NCBI GenBank assembly: GCA_024137785.1 | Contig: JAHRHZ010000046.1 | Span: forward strand, 16,799,431-16,863,430 | Reading direction: 5' to 3' | Origin: Ginglymostoma cirratum | Lineage: Eukaryota | Length of the DNA: 64,000 nt | Part shown: positions 37,440-50,045 of the stretch, piece after piece | Layout of the letters: each line of letters starts with the position of its first letter | How positions within the stretch are numbered: the first letter of the stretch is position 1 | Position numbers and translations under genes: made by a program | The notes under the pieces: model-generated | Told to the model about the DNA's origin: nothing | The model's database searches: none | The model's input: only the letters and a program-made list of their open reading frames with translations

Positions 37440-38630
37440 AATACAACCGAGTACTACTTGGTAAATCTTGAGTACTGCTGATGAACGACACATTTTGTTG
37501 AGGTTTGAGGAACACAGCAGGTCAGGCAGCATCAGAGGAGCAAGAATGTTGATGTTTCGGGTCGGGAAGATTTTCTGAAGAAGGGTCCCGATCCAAAACA
37601 TCAACCTTCCTGCTCCTCTGCTGCCTGACCTGTGTTGCTGCAGTTCCACACTGTGTTGTCCTGACTCCAGCATCTACAGTTCTTGCTATCTCCTTTTGTT
37701 GAAGCTTTACATCTTACATTCATCAGGACACTTCGCAAGAATTCCTATTAATGCTGCACAACAGGGGACTGATAATTGATTAGCAAGTGGACTCTGATGT
37801 AGGCTTTGCCATGGGGAAGATACTACTTATACTGATTTAGACTAATTGTTCAAAGCATTGACCTGAGAAATGAACCGGTGAGTGGCAGTTTTGTGGGTAG
37901 AAATGTGTACATGTTCTTTCTGTCTGTGAAGAACAGAGTACTGGGAAGCTCCATGCTTGTTGTATACCCAAATGATATATTACTTCCACTTCCAGAAGTC
38001 ACTGCTTTGCATAGACCTCAAAAATCTGTAGCAGCAAGCAAAGTTACCAGGGAATGTTAGCTTCCATGCGCCACGCTGCAAGTCTGAGTGACAGTCCTTA
38101 AATGGTTCTCGGCATCTTTCCTTGCACATTTGGAATTATCCAGCAAAAGTTGCCTAAGCGCACAATCTCAATTATGTTTGATACTGTGTTGAGCTTCGCA
38201 AGCACAGGCTTGAATATGATCAATACCTTTCTTGTTGGAAACAGTCAGAGGTCGTGCTTTTTGATGCAATCCACAAGTCTTTGGGATAAATGTCTTTGTG
38301 AGGCCAGGTATTGTCAAAGGCCTCTCCAAGGCACAGAAATTCATATACCACCTTATTAATTTGTACAATAGAAAAAATATCACTTTGGCATTACCACAGC
38401 ATTCTGTTATGAACACTACTCAAGTAAATATTAATGGGCACGTTTTTCATAACATTGCCTCTACCAATCAGATTGCACCTGCCATCCAGTCAACAGTCTG
38501 TTCTCATGCAGTGTAAATGTTGATTTCCCCTTGATTTAGTACTCTTGAGAATTGTCCTGATGAGTTCAAGAAGAAAATTTTCAGCACATTGTGTCTTTTT
38601 CAACAGTTCTCAAGTCTATACTACAAAACT
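37440..38630 (-). mobile_element. Second Penelope-like family: 5'-truncated GIY-YIG region (minus) with an inverted terminal-repeat copy at about 38440-38630
   Basis: Frameshifted minus-strand remnants VYEFLC...SQRLVDCIKKH...DCALRQLLLDNSKCA...VLHRQKEHVHI. 37450-37745 (minus the nested insert) is the reverse complement of 38540-38628. Both carry TGTC-CTGATGA hammerhead boxes (37726 minus, 38557 plus). Confidence 0.75.
37502..37693 (+). mobile_element. Fold-back PLE-terminus mini-element with decayed hammerhead, nested in the element above
   Basis: TSD TTTTGTTGA at 37493-37501 and 37694-37702; arms about 37513-37567 and 37586-37635; CTGAAGA-AGGGTCCCGATCC-AAAA-CATC at 37575-37602. Confidence 0.8.
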
Positions 38631-38959
38631 GTTATACCTTCAAACACAATTCAGTTACTTAATTTAGAACTAAGGGCAGTGCATGTCTACGTCTATTGTA
38701 CTACAGCAAAATCATATGGGAGTGTACACTGAGGCACTTTGTGAAAATGCTTAGAGTGCTGTTGCCTGCTATGAAGTTAGCTTTCAGTTGGTGTTGTTGT
38801 TTTGAGCTGCCTATGTTGTACTGTGGTGTTTCCCAGTCCAAATGTGCAAATAAACTGTATGAGTGTTCTGCAATGCTGATATCAGATACACAGGCCTTGG
38901 TGAATTATTGGAGATTTCTTTGGCTGTGAATATGACAAGTTTCATCAAAGGGTTAAAAT

Positions 38960-39230
38960 GTAACACAGTCATGAATAAATCCAATGGGAAGCTCAGGAGA
39001 AACTTCTCTATCCAGAGAGTGATGAGGTTATGGAACTCTCTCAAACTTGGGGAGTTGCTGTAGCAAATAGAATTAATGTGTTGAAGGGGAAGTCAGGTAA
39101 ACCCCTGAGGGAGAAAGAAATAGAAAGCTATTTTGAAGAAGTTCAGGAGGAGGCTAGTGAGGAGTCTGAGCACCAGAAATGGGCCTGTTGGGCTGAAATG
39201 CTTGCTTCCCTGCAGAAGATACTGTATAAT
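38960..39230 (+). mobile_element. CR1-clade LINE 3' end
   Basis: ORF 38863-39063 ends KSNGKLRRNFSIQRVMRLWNSL. Confidence 0.7.
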
Positions 39231-39931
39231 TTTGAATCCAGCAGTTTTATTTTTCTACAGATCCTAGCCACTGGCCTTAGGAGGCTTTTTTATTGCAATC
39301 GACTGTGTGAGACCCAACAATAGCATGTTTAATACACTGTAATTGCATCTTGCAAAGATCTTGCATCTAACCTGTAAGAAGAGCCAAAAGTGGAGGTCAT
39401 TTTTAATCATCCTCATTTATCTTATTGTTTTAAAACCTTGTACGACAACATTACAAGTGAAGAAATAATTTTTTTCACCTTTTTTCTCAACAGTCTTTCT
39501 CCTTGGTCCTTAAAGACTTGATGATTCCACATGCCTAAAAGTGCTATCCAGTACCTTGAGTAATTAACCACTTCTTAGTAGCATGCGAACTGAGAGTAAG
39601 CGTGTATTCACTGCTTACCCTGGGACATCAGAACTGAGTGTGCCTTTAACCTGCTGTCACTCAGCGCTCTCCAGTGAGAGCAGCGTGATTGACAAATTTT
39701 TACAATCCCTTTCTAGTGACTTGCAATAAATGTATGCTGAATCGGCATTCCTCTATTGTTGTAAAAAGAATTTTAGACAGGAAGGAAATCTTGCATCCTC
39801 AGTTTTAGCAGGGAAGTATTTCCTGGTTAGGATAGACAGTATCGAATGTATATATACAGATCTGACACATTCCTTGCAGACTTTAGCTATTCAACTATAT
39901 TTGCAATGCACCCTAACTGTCCCTGTATATA

Positions 39932-40103
39932 GCAGGCCAAGCAGCATCATAGGAGCAGGAAAGTTTGATGTTTCGGGCCTAGAAGGGTCTAGGCCCGAAA
40001 CGTCAAGCTTTCCTGCTCCTATGATGCTGCTTAGCCTGCTGTGTTCATCCAGGTCCACACCTTCTTATCTCTGATTCTCCAGCATCTGCAGTACCTATTA
40101 TCT
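39932..40103 (+). mobile_element. Fold-back mini-element of the same family (53-bp arms plus unpaired 3' tail)
   Basis: Arms 39931-39983 and 39988-40040, loop AGGG; TSD CTGTCCCTGTATATA (39917-39931) / CTGCCCCTGTATATA (40104-40118). Confidence 0.88.
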
Positions 40104-40699
40104 CTGCCCCTGTATATAAGTGGCTGCATGTTTATTTATTCATAGATTTCTGTTGTCTCAGTTCTTCTGAATTTTTGAAGTGCTGCATTGTAGTGGCATA
40201 GTACGTGGGCACTCTCATCAGGGCTGTGTGTCATAGATTGCTGGGACACAGGCCTGCTTGTTCCTCAGTCATGTGTCATGTCTCCTCCCGTTTGTTCCAC
40301 CAGCATAAATTTTCAATCTCAGTTACACTAGTATACAAAAGAGCTGAGGCAAGTCACAACCTAATGAGAAGAGATGGTAACCCCTGAACTGCACTGACTC
40401 ACTTCATTCATTATTGTGGAATGCAGAAGTTGCTTTTGGTTGACATTCTAAGTACATGAATGTTGTTGTTTAGACTGGAACATGAGGTGTGTTAGATTTG
40501 TTTTTAATTGTTTTATCCTCCTTCCAGAATGCTGAAGGCAGTACTTGTGCCCCAGCCTCTGACAGCTAATTCAGTGCATTATCCAATTTGGAACTTTCTG
40601 ATGTGTATGCCAAAATTAACCAGGAAACAGAAGGAGCTTAACCCTCCTTTTTCCCTTTCTACTGGATCAAATTATGCAACACAGGTAGATCGCACTCTT

Positions 40700-40990
40700 A
40701 CTCTGATAATGGGTTGTGGATTCATTCCCACTCCAGAAACATAAACACAAAATTTAGTCTGGCCCTCCAGTACAGTGCTAACAGAGCAAGGCATTTTCTG
40801 AAGTATATTTCTGTTAAAAGAATATAAAAGATTCTGTAACGCTCATAGAAGAGAAGGAGGGGCGTTCTCCCTGTGTCTTGATGAACAGGTAGGTTAACTA
40901 GTTATTCAGCTCTTCTTTGTTAATTTATTGGGTAAATGGTTGTTGTGAAGCTCACTTTTTAAGTTCTTTGGACTATGGACTAAAAATGGG
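40700..40990 (+). mobile_element. Deu-domain SINE
   Basis: GGTTGTGGATTCATTCCCACTCCAGAAACATAAACACAAAATTTAGTCTGGCCTCCAGTACAGTGCT. Confidence 0.6.
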
Positions 40991-42599
40991 AAAAAGATGT
41001 TGCTTGAACCAATGAAACTGGACAGTATGATGTTTGCCGTTTTAAAAACCAGTTACTAGAGCATATTGCTTTATTGAAGCACTGATAGGCAAGTCCAGCC
41101 AAACCAACACTGTCTGTGTGTTCAGGGCAGTTCTGCGCAGAGATATCCTTTTGATTGGCACCAGCTGTTGTGGATTCAAGCGAGCTCAGTAAAGCATCAG
41201 GTTCTTGTTTGGTTCCTGAACAAGAGGCTACAGGCTTTTGTATGGACAAACTACAAGACCATTCAGTCTGCGAAGAGAAAATATCCATTTCTCTTTCTCT
41301 CGTTTCTGTGTGGAGAAGTAAAAGAAAATCCTTAGTAACTAGTTACTGTCACTCAGCTTTTCTCTGTAAGGTGCTTTCTGTGCAAGGGAAATGGGAATTT
41401 CACCTTTAGAAATTCTGAAAGGATGAATTCTTAACAAGTAAATGAAAGGTTGAGGATCAGTGTACCCACAATCTGTACGATCAGCAAAGAATTAGAAGGA
41501 ACTGAAAAGGAAACAACTTAACAACATCTGTAGTCTGAACTCGTGCTATTGAAGTGTCTCTCCCTGTTGTTTGTTTTTTGTCCACCCAAAATATTCATGA
41601 CTATCTTTGTATGTCTATCTATGTATGTGAACAGGAATTTTGTTAAAAGGGCAAAATTCCAGTTGTATAGTTATATATTAACAACTAGGTTTGTCTACAT
41701 TTTGATATTGGTGAAGAAGAAATGATTATTAACTGGTTTGCATGTTATTTTAACAGTTGGATAGAATTGGGTCGGTTCAGTGGTTTAAGCAAATATTCAC
41801 GTTTTTGATGATGCTTGGAATAGTGGGACTTGATTTCCAGTGCACTATACAATGTCACTTCACATTGTGATGTGTTTTAGTTAATTCTGTGTTTGAAAGG
41901 TGCTCTGTAAACTACTTTCAAGACTTTATTGTTCTGACAAATGTATTGTGTTAAATGTTAGAATGTTTAAGCTCTTGTTCCTGGTGAGAGCCTATTCATT
42001 ATACATTTTGGTTTCTATCACCACCCTTGATAATTACTAGAAAACAAATTCTGAAATTACGACATTTTACTAGCTAGTAAATGCAGTAATTTTTCCTATT
42101 TGAGATTGATGCTTTTCAATAGCTCAGCACCTACTGGCCCTGCATTGGTATCATTTATTAAAGATTGTGGGTTGGTGATGTTTGGGCTTATTCCCATCGA
42201 GCCAGCAAATCTGTTTACTTTACATGCAGTGTAATGTTGGAAGATTTTAACAGTGCTGTACGTTCACAACTTGTAATCTGGTAGACCGTATTTATGTTAA
42301 AATTTCATATTTGCATGCTAAATCTGCACATGCTTTATTTTTGACCAAGTTCCTTATGGTATATGGTTGAGAGTCTGTTTGCAGCGTGCCCAAGAAATTC
42401 CACCAGAGACTTTGGAAGTGGGTACGCAAGCAAGTACTGAAAGGAGATTTGCTATGAATTCCAAAGCTTTGGACTAGCTCAAATTCTTGAGTAAGCCTGA
42501 TACAAGATAGGAATTGAAGAAGTAGTGCATATGTTTTAACACATGCATTTTGAAATGAAAATATGTTGGAACCCCCATGTGCCAAAAAAGCCTTTGAGT

Positions 42600-42940
42600 T
42601 GTAGCCCTGTACTCTAACTCCATCCGACTCAGAAGATTGTGTGTTCAAATGCAATTTTGCGACAAGAACAGTAATCTAGGCTAGCTCTTCAGTACAGTGA
42701 GGGGTATTCACTGCCAGAGGTGTTTTCCTTTATATGAGGTATTAAACAAAATCTGTACTCTGGGGATGGAAAATTAAAGAAAATTTTCTGAAACACATTA
42801 TCTGGTTATTTACCTCATGGCTACTTTTGACATCTTGCTATATGCAAATTGACTGCTACACTTGCCTACATAACCCATGAAAAGTAGTTCATGATCTGGA
42901 TGTGCTGGGGGTGTTATATAAATCCGAACTTGTTCTTACT
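42600..42940 (+). mobile_element. Deu-domain SINE
   Basis: TCAGAAGATTGTGTGTTCAAAT..AATCTAGGCT..CAGTACAGTGAGGGG..CACTGCCAGAGGTG..ATGAGGTATTAAAC. Confidence 0.6.
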
Positions 42941-43108
42941 GTACAGCCATATTTCAGTTAATCAATTGCTTCAGCCATATAGATTTCCAAACTAAGAAGA
43001 AATTAAAACATCAAGAGTGTGAAAATGAGATAAAAGGTACTGCAGATGCTGGAGAATCCGAGATAACAAGGCGTGGGGCTGGATGAACACAGCAGGCCAA
43101 GCAGCATC

Positions 43109-43508
43109 NNNNNNNNNNNNNNNNNNNNNNNNNNNNNNNNNNNNNNNNNNNNNNNNNNNNNNNNNNNNNNNNNNNNNNNNNNNNNNNNNNNNNNNNNNNN
43201 NNNNNNNNNNNNNNNNNNNNNNNNNNNNNNNNNNNNNNNNNNNNNNNNNNNNNNNNNNNNNNNNNNNNNNNNNNNNNNNNNNNNNNNNNNNNNNNNNNNN
43301 NNNNNNNNNNNNNNNNNNNNNNNNNNNNNNNNNNNNNNNNNNNNNNNNNNNNNNNNNNNNNNNNNNNNNNNNNNNNNNNNNNNNNNNNNNNNNNNNNNNN
43401 NNNNNNNNNNNNNNNNNNNNNNNNNNNNNNNNNNNNNNNNNNNNNNNNNNNNNNNNNNNNNNNNNNNNNNNNNNNNNNNNNNNNNNNNNNNNNNNNNNNN
43501 NNNNNNNN
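43109..43508. other. Assembly gap (400 N)
   Basis: Run of n. Confidence 1.
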
Positions 43509-43529
43509 AGAACCCTCTTCCCCTCCCCC

Positions 43530-43565
43530 ATTTCTGATGAAGGGTTTAGGCCCGAAACGTCAAGT
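43530..43565 (+). ncRNA. Minimal type-I hammerhead ribozyme with intact core
   Basis: ATTT-CTGATGA-A-GGGT-TTAG-GCCC-GAAA-CG-TC-AAGT: CUGAUGA and GAAA boxes, 4-bp stem II, palindromic ACGU stem III, GUC cleavage triplet, 4-bp stem I. Confidence 0.75.
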
Positions 43566-44229
43566 TTTCCTGCTCCTATGATGCTGCTTGACCTGCTGTG
43601 TTCATCCAGCCCCATGCTTGTTATCTCGGATTCTCCAGCATCTGCAGTACCTTTTTATCTCTGTTTCTGATATAACTGTTTTTAAAATCTTAAATTTTAA
43701 AATGCTAGTCAATGAGTTGAAGTGAATTCTGTAGTTTGCTGTAACCAATTTTATTACCATAAAAATAGTTTGAAAGGGGGAGAAAAAGAACCTAACTGAT
43801 GAGGATTAGAATTCCAAACAGTTCAGCAAAGGAAGTATTTGTTATGCAAACTTTGGCAGCTCCTTTCTTTCAAAAGCCAAAGCTGGAGAATTGCCTTAAA
43901 ATGGTTTGACATTTCAAACAGTTTAGGCCTGAGCCATGTATAAAAATGTTGCTTTGCTCTATTTACTACACCCCTCACATATTTCTGTTTTGAGTCTCTT
44001 GCTTATTTATGTCTGATTTGTATGCAAATTTTCACTTCACTCAACTTAATGGCTGTAGTTCTCTTGCCCTCCTGTGCCTGGTTTCATCCAGAGTTAAGCA
44101 AGTAACCAATGTTAAGAATGTGGTCTTTTAGTGCCTGTTTGAAAACCAATTACATATTTCTAAATGAAAAGGATTATTCATCCTTCAAGCGTTATGCAAA
44201 AGATGTGTTTTTTAACTAAGGTATAACTA

Positions 44230-44570
44230 GGGGAGGTGATGGCCTGGTGGTGTTATCACCAGACTGTTATTCCAGGGACCCAGGTTTGAATCCCACCACG
44301 ATAGATGGTGGAATTTGAATCCAATAAAAATCTGGAATTAAGAGTTTAATGATGACTGTGAATCCATTGTGGATTGTTGGAAAAACCCATCTGGTTCACT
44401 AATGTCCTTTAGAGGAGGAAAATGCCATCCTTACCTGGTCCTCCCAACATGTGACTCCAGGCCCACTGCAATGTGGTTAACTCTCAACTGCACTCTGGGT
44501 GTTAGCGAAGCGAATAAATGCTGGCCCAGCCAGCGATGCTGTCATCCCATGAATGAGTTTAAAAGAAAAG
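44230..44570 (+). mobile_element. tRNA-derived SINE with LINE-derived tail
   Basis: A box TGGCCTGGTGG, B box GGTTTGAATCCC, body ...AAAAACCCATCTGGTTCACTAATGTCCTTTAG..., tail AATAAATGCTGGCCCAGCCAGCGATGC...CATCCCATGAATGA. Confidence 0.85.
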
Positions 44571-44712
44571 TTTGTAAAATATGTTACTCCTATTCATTCC
44601 AGTCTTCCATCTTTGGGATTGATACTTATTCTTGTGAATATTGCAATCTATGCTATTGTATTTCTTACTTGCTGGGTCATTATGAACAAAATTGCAATGA
44701 AATGACCGAAAG

Positions 44713-44850
44713 AGCATAAGAAGCAGGAACAAGAATAGGCTGTTCAGCCTCTCAAACCTACACTGCCATTCAATAAAATAATGGCTGATCCAACATTTTT
44801 CACGTCCACTTTCCTGCCCTTTCCCCATAACCCTTGATTCCCTTCCCAAT
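44713..44850 (-). mobile_element. CR1-clade LINE 3' tail
   Basis: CATAAGAAGCAGGAACAAGAATAGGCTGTTCAGCCTCTCAAACCTACACTGCCATTCAATAAAATAATGGCTGATC, like 52759. Confidence 0.75.
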
Positions 44851-46339
44851 AAGACCACAAGAACTGGCCATTATGTCAAATGCCTTTCAGCTGCTGAAGA
44901 AACAATACTGAAATAAATTAGATCTATCTGTACCTAGACCTACCTACATGATGTATAATGATGTTTCCTTGAGACTCAATTTAAGCTTTGCTATTCTAAT
45001 ATATGTATATAACTTAATAGAAGCTGTTATAGCACAATTTACTTACTTTGGTATCCAGGAGCTGACTGCTGAAAGGCTCGCTAATAAATCTTTTCCCTTC
45101 AACTGCTGACATTTAAACATATGAGAAGCCCAAGATAAGTGGTCCACATTTGAGATGTGGATGGCAATGTCCCAGAATGGGGGACAGTTCCTGTAGTTGA
45201 TGGAAGCATGGGGTCGATTTGGGTCGATTTTGAGCAGTGATTGTTTTATAGAATGTAAAAACAGAAGTGAGCCATTCAGTCCCTTGAAGCAATGGTGGAA
45301 ATATTTCAGTAGGTTTTGCTAATATACATTCCCAGCAAAGAGCTTTGCCAACTGACTGAATTCATCAGAAGTTTGACCACGTCAATGTGATATCCAAGAA
45401 GACTATCTGACCTCAACTCTTGAACTTTTGATGCACGTTCCCAGCAGTGTAAGGAAACGGCTTGAGGGTGTAAGCCTAAAATCATTTTCAGTGATGATGT
45501 GAACAATTATGATCTCATGGTGAGCCTTTCTTTATAATACACTATCTTGAATATTGTTGTGAGATGTTTATATCTCTGCATGGTGAAGCAGTCTCAGTGT
45601 ATTAATTTAAGTATTGGATAGAAAACAGCAAAAATGAAATCACTACCCACAGAAAATAGTTGTCTTATCAGATTTTGAGCAATTGAATATTGGATTCAGG
45701 AAGCCGAACCCCAACCTTCTGGTGTTTAAATGATTTTTATCAGTGTTTGTGATGTGTGCTTTTGAATTTGGCAAAGGTCATCAATAATCATCAATTTTTT
45801 TTTAATACTGTTATTGGTGAAACATTTACATGAATCTTTTGCTCCAAGAAAAAAACATTCACCTCAGTAAGAGCGAAAAAGTTGCATCGAAGCAACAAAA
45901 AGAAAGCTGGTTTCCTGCTGCAACTGAAAATTTAAGTTGTAGTTTGAAGAGAACATCTGAGTAAGCACAAAAATCAAGAAAATTTGCGTGTTTTATAATT
46001 GGATTTTTGCAAGTTACATCTCTGAAACCTTTTGCCCATATTTGATTTGATTGCATGTTTTTTCTGGAAGCAAACATCTGTGAAGATTTGAAATGGGAAA
46101 AGGGTGGTAGTTAAGTGTCAGAGTGACGTAATTGTGTTGCAGCCCAAAGCAACAGTGATGGCAGTCATAATAAATAAATGACATAGGCTATGTGTGATTT
46201 AGTTGAAGAAGGGTGGGATAGATTGTTGGAAAACAAGCATGTAAAAATAGCTGAGCTGTAAACGGCCCAAAAGTTGAACCAAAGTTCACTTTTCCATGTC
46301 ACATTGGATGCAAATGACAGTATGGCACTATTTTGAAGA

Positions 46340-46550
46340 AAACAGATCCTTGGCCAATATTCTTCAAACAACATCACAAAAACTGATCATCTGGTGGTTA
46401 TTATATTGCTGTTTGTGGGAGCATGCAGTGCACAAGTTGGCGGCTGGTTTACCTCCATTGCAAGAGTAATGACATTCAAAAGTACTTATTTGCTGTAGAG
46501 CACTTTGGGATGTCCCATCGTCTTGGAATGCGCTTTTTAATACAAGTATT
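46340..46550 (+). mobile_element. 3' half of Deu-type SINE
   Basis: TCCTTGGCCAATATT..CAACATCAC..ATATTGCTGTTTGTGGGAGC..GCACTTTGGGATGTCC. Confidence 0.6.
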
Positions 46551-49500
46551 TTTACTGTTAAAAGTTAATAGAAAGGGAAAATAAGTTGACACCAAAGCTG
46601 CAGACCACTCACTGCTAGGCATGATGCCTAGATAGATTTTCAAACGTCATGTCATCTCAATTTCTCAATGTATCATTTTTAAACTTTGTTGTGAGTTAGT
46701 TTTATTATCATCAGATTTTGGCTCCTAAGGGTTTATTTTAATCTGTTCAGTCTAACATAAAGACATCCCTTCTGCTTTGAGTGAGAACAGGGAAAGAGTG
46801 ATGGAAGGAACTTGTACTTTTCTAGCACTGTATCACATCCCCTTTGAGACTTCAGAAATTGTGGCTGTACAGTTACTCATGATATTTTTGTCTGATGTGG
46901 TGAGCCTGTAATAATTACAGTTACAGTAAATTGTTTCTGTACATGACCTGATCCACTTGAAGTCAGCCTTGGCTTTGACTGTGGTTTTGTTGGAGTTGGA
47001 ACTTAACGGAAACAACGCAAGAAATCAAGATCAGCACAAGATACATAAATCAATATCAAAGAGGAAACGGAAGAAGCAGGAGAAAGGCTATACCACCCTA
47101 AGGTGCTTAGCAGTCAGCTAAGTCATTGTTGTTATGTGGACAGATGTTGCAATCTATTTTGGTAAAACCGTGTTCCATACCAGCAGATAACTTGATTTTT
47201 TTGTGCTCGTGTTTGAGGGAGAAAATTTAAACATTACAAAAGTAATCTGCTCCTCTCTGCAGAGTGCACTGACATCTTTTCACCTGAGTAAGGTGACAGA
47301 GCTTCTGTTTAACTCGTCATCTAAAAGATGCAACACTCCATCATACTACAGCAAAATGTCAGCCTAGATATGTTTGCAGTCATGATATATTTCAGAGTTT
47401 AAGATGTCTGTTCTCTTGATCTTTGATGTCATTTGGCAGATATTTACTGGAATGTTACTAAGTTCTTCCTCTTTCGTCTGTGTTTAACTTGAATGCTACC
47501 TGTTTTTTTCCATGTAAATAGCTGTTGTCCCTGTTCAATTGATTTACGTGCAATTTTGATGGTTGTACATAGTGTTTTGTTAGTTGAACATGGTACAGAC
47601 AGCATTTGATAAAAGTTTCATGTGTGAATACTGGGCTGTCTATCCATTGTAACCAATGTACATGGAAAAGGAATATGCTTTTAGTTCCAGGGTCAATGAA
47701 GATTGAATTTCAATATTGGTTTGATTGGCCTGGATTGATTTTGTGGGGAAAAAATAAAGATGCTTGATTTCAATGCAGCAGAATCATAATCTGAGAGTCT
47801 GTGATAAACTCAAAGATCTGTGTGCATCATTTATCAAGGAAAATCTATTTTTAACAAGGAATACTGTTGAAAGCTTCTTTGCTGCAGGAGATTAATGCTG
47901 TCATGGACATTAAAACATTACATCACCAATGTTTTGTCTTGTTAATTATTGTTATGTTTAACTAATAATTAAGTACAGTGGTCTGCCCTAATATGATCCT
48001 ATGTGTTTTGTTCTGATTCTTTTGAATGAATGTGAGAATCCTTTAAACTGACCATGTGGTTTGTCCTATTTTGATTAGTTATTTGTTAGACCCAGGTCAC
48101 ATTCATTTCTGGCGAGGGCACAGCCCATTGCAGTAATAAAGATTTTGCTCATGAAAGAAAAACTATCCATAAGTACTGTTTAAAGGGAAATGTATCCCAA
48201 GCATAATCCCAACAAAAATCTGTTTTTTAGTAATGTTGTCTGAAGAATTAACATCGACCGGGAAACGCCTTTGCTGCTCAGATTCATCGAATGCAATTTT
48301 GCATCCATACTCCAATGCAGGGCCAGCCTTTCATCCACATTTCTGGAGTAGAACCTGAACCAACAACCTTTCAATCTAGGCAGTATTTAAGTGGAAATGT
48401 AGTTGGATATGTTGATCTGAGATTTCCTAAGAATCATTCTTGATCAAGCTGACTGGAAGTGTTTGACTTGGCCATTGAACTGGATGATTAGCCTCAATGA
48501 CCCTACTACAACTCTAATGTAGATGTTTTTCAAGCTAGGTTTGGCAGTGGGGTATGCATTGTACTTATACAAATCTTGCCAATTGAGGAAAGCATTTCAA
48601 AATATGAATGACATGATATTATAAAAGTATATTTTGCATTTTTAGAAAACAAATTGTTCTGAAATACTTTAGGAAGTTGTTCAAAATCATACATCATACC
48701 TGGCCTGTAGAGTTTAATGCTAACTCCACTCCATGCTCCAATTGAGAAAATTTAATTGGAATAATTATATAGGATTATTAACTGTTTGCATTCGTAGAAC
48801 ATGCTTTGTCTACTATTTTTAGCTAAATGGGATAACACCTCTGCTAAAATAGCCAAGGATAATGAATAAACTAACCTATTGTCTAAAGGTAATTAGCACG
48901 TTTTATTTTCTCCCTATGATTTAGATAACGGGAAATATCTCTGTGCCCAGGTTCACCAGTGCAAGTCTGAATTATTTTTTTCCCTAATTTCCAAGAATAA
49001 CACTTCCTTGAGCTAGGTATCGGTCATGATCTCTGCCAACCTGACACTCACTGTTCTTGCACTGCTGCCCCTGGTGGCTGCAGCTTTAATATTAATGACA
49101 TTTGTGTCCATCTGAAAGATGTTTTCATGGCTTAAGGGCTGGGACAGTTGGATATGAGATTTGAATGTAATCGCTGCCTGCTCTTTGTAGACAATTCAAT
49201 ATAAGGTTCTCTGAATCAACGTTAATTAGTTACATAAAGCATTCTGTTGACCTGACAAATTTCAACATATTCTTACTTCACACTTACTGTGCAGCAAACC
49301 CATGCTCTTGGGTTCCTATTGACTTAATATGTTGAGCAGTGCGCTTAACGTTCCTGCCTCTCTGATTTATCCTTCGGGGTGCTTAACAATTATCACTTTT
49401 TAAAACCATATCAAATGATTATCCAGAGGTGTATATCCCACTGGTTTACTTTTTGACACTGTCAATCCCTCTGTGGAGATCATTGAATACTAGTTACCCT

Positions 49501-49975
49501 GTGGATTTCTTGGTGTGCAACGCTTCTGAACCATGACATCAATACGAGCGATTCCCAAAGAAAGAAACAGTCAGTGTTTACCTAGAGTTGGGGAATGGGA
49601 ATTGAATATGTATAAATAATAAAATACAATTGCATTGCTAGTTTTTTTAATTATTCAGGAAACAATTCTTAAAAGTTTCTTTTCATTTAAATAAAAGAGC
49701 ACTCCATTAACTTCATTGGATTATGTTATCCACAACAGAATCATTACTACTTCAGTTGTCCTTGTGATAGAATTTGAGCGAGTGCACTAACAAAATAAGT
49801 AGTAGGACCAGGAGCAGACCTTTCAGCTGCTCTAACATTCTATGCAATCTAAGCTAATCTCACTTGATCGCATGACACAAGCTGTTACCCAACCCAAATC
49901 AAAACCTAAATTCAATACAACAGCTGTGATATACGATGTATCTGGCGATAACTTTTCTAAATGACTCATGTAGCT

Positions 49976-49980
<5 letters not shown>

Positions 49981-50032
<52 letters not shown>

Positions 50033-50045
50033 GATGATGATGATG
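49981..50045 (+). repeat. Compound microsatellite (TTA)17 followed by about 5 TGA units
   Basis: Direct reading. Confidence 0.95.

Larger units (their letters stand above)
43027..43661. mobile_element. Two inverted copies of the same PLE-type terminus flanking an assembly gap
   Basis: 43027-43108 is the reverse complement of about 43581-43661; N run between. Confidence 0.8.

Noticed and set aside
42992-43670. 154-207-aa ORFs
   Set aside because: Artefacts of the N run and flanking repeat.
43794-43825. CTGATGA-GGA-TTAGAAT-TCC-AAAC hammerhead look-alike outside a repeat
   Set aside because: Lacks G12 of GAAA and a credible stem III or cleavage triplet; probably chance.
44230-44300. tRNA gene
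   Set aside because: A and B boxes belong to a SINE head; no cloverleaf.
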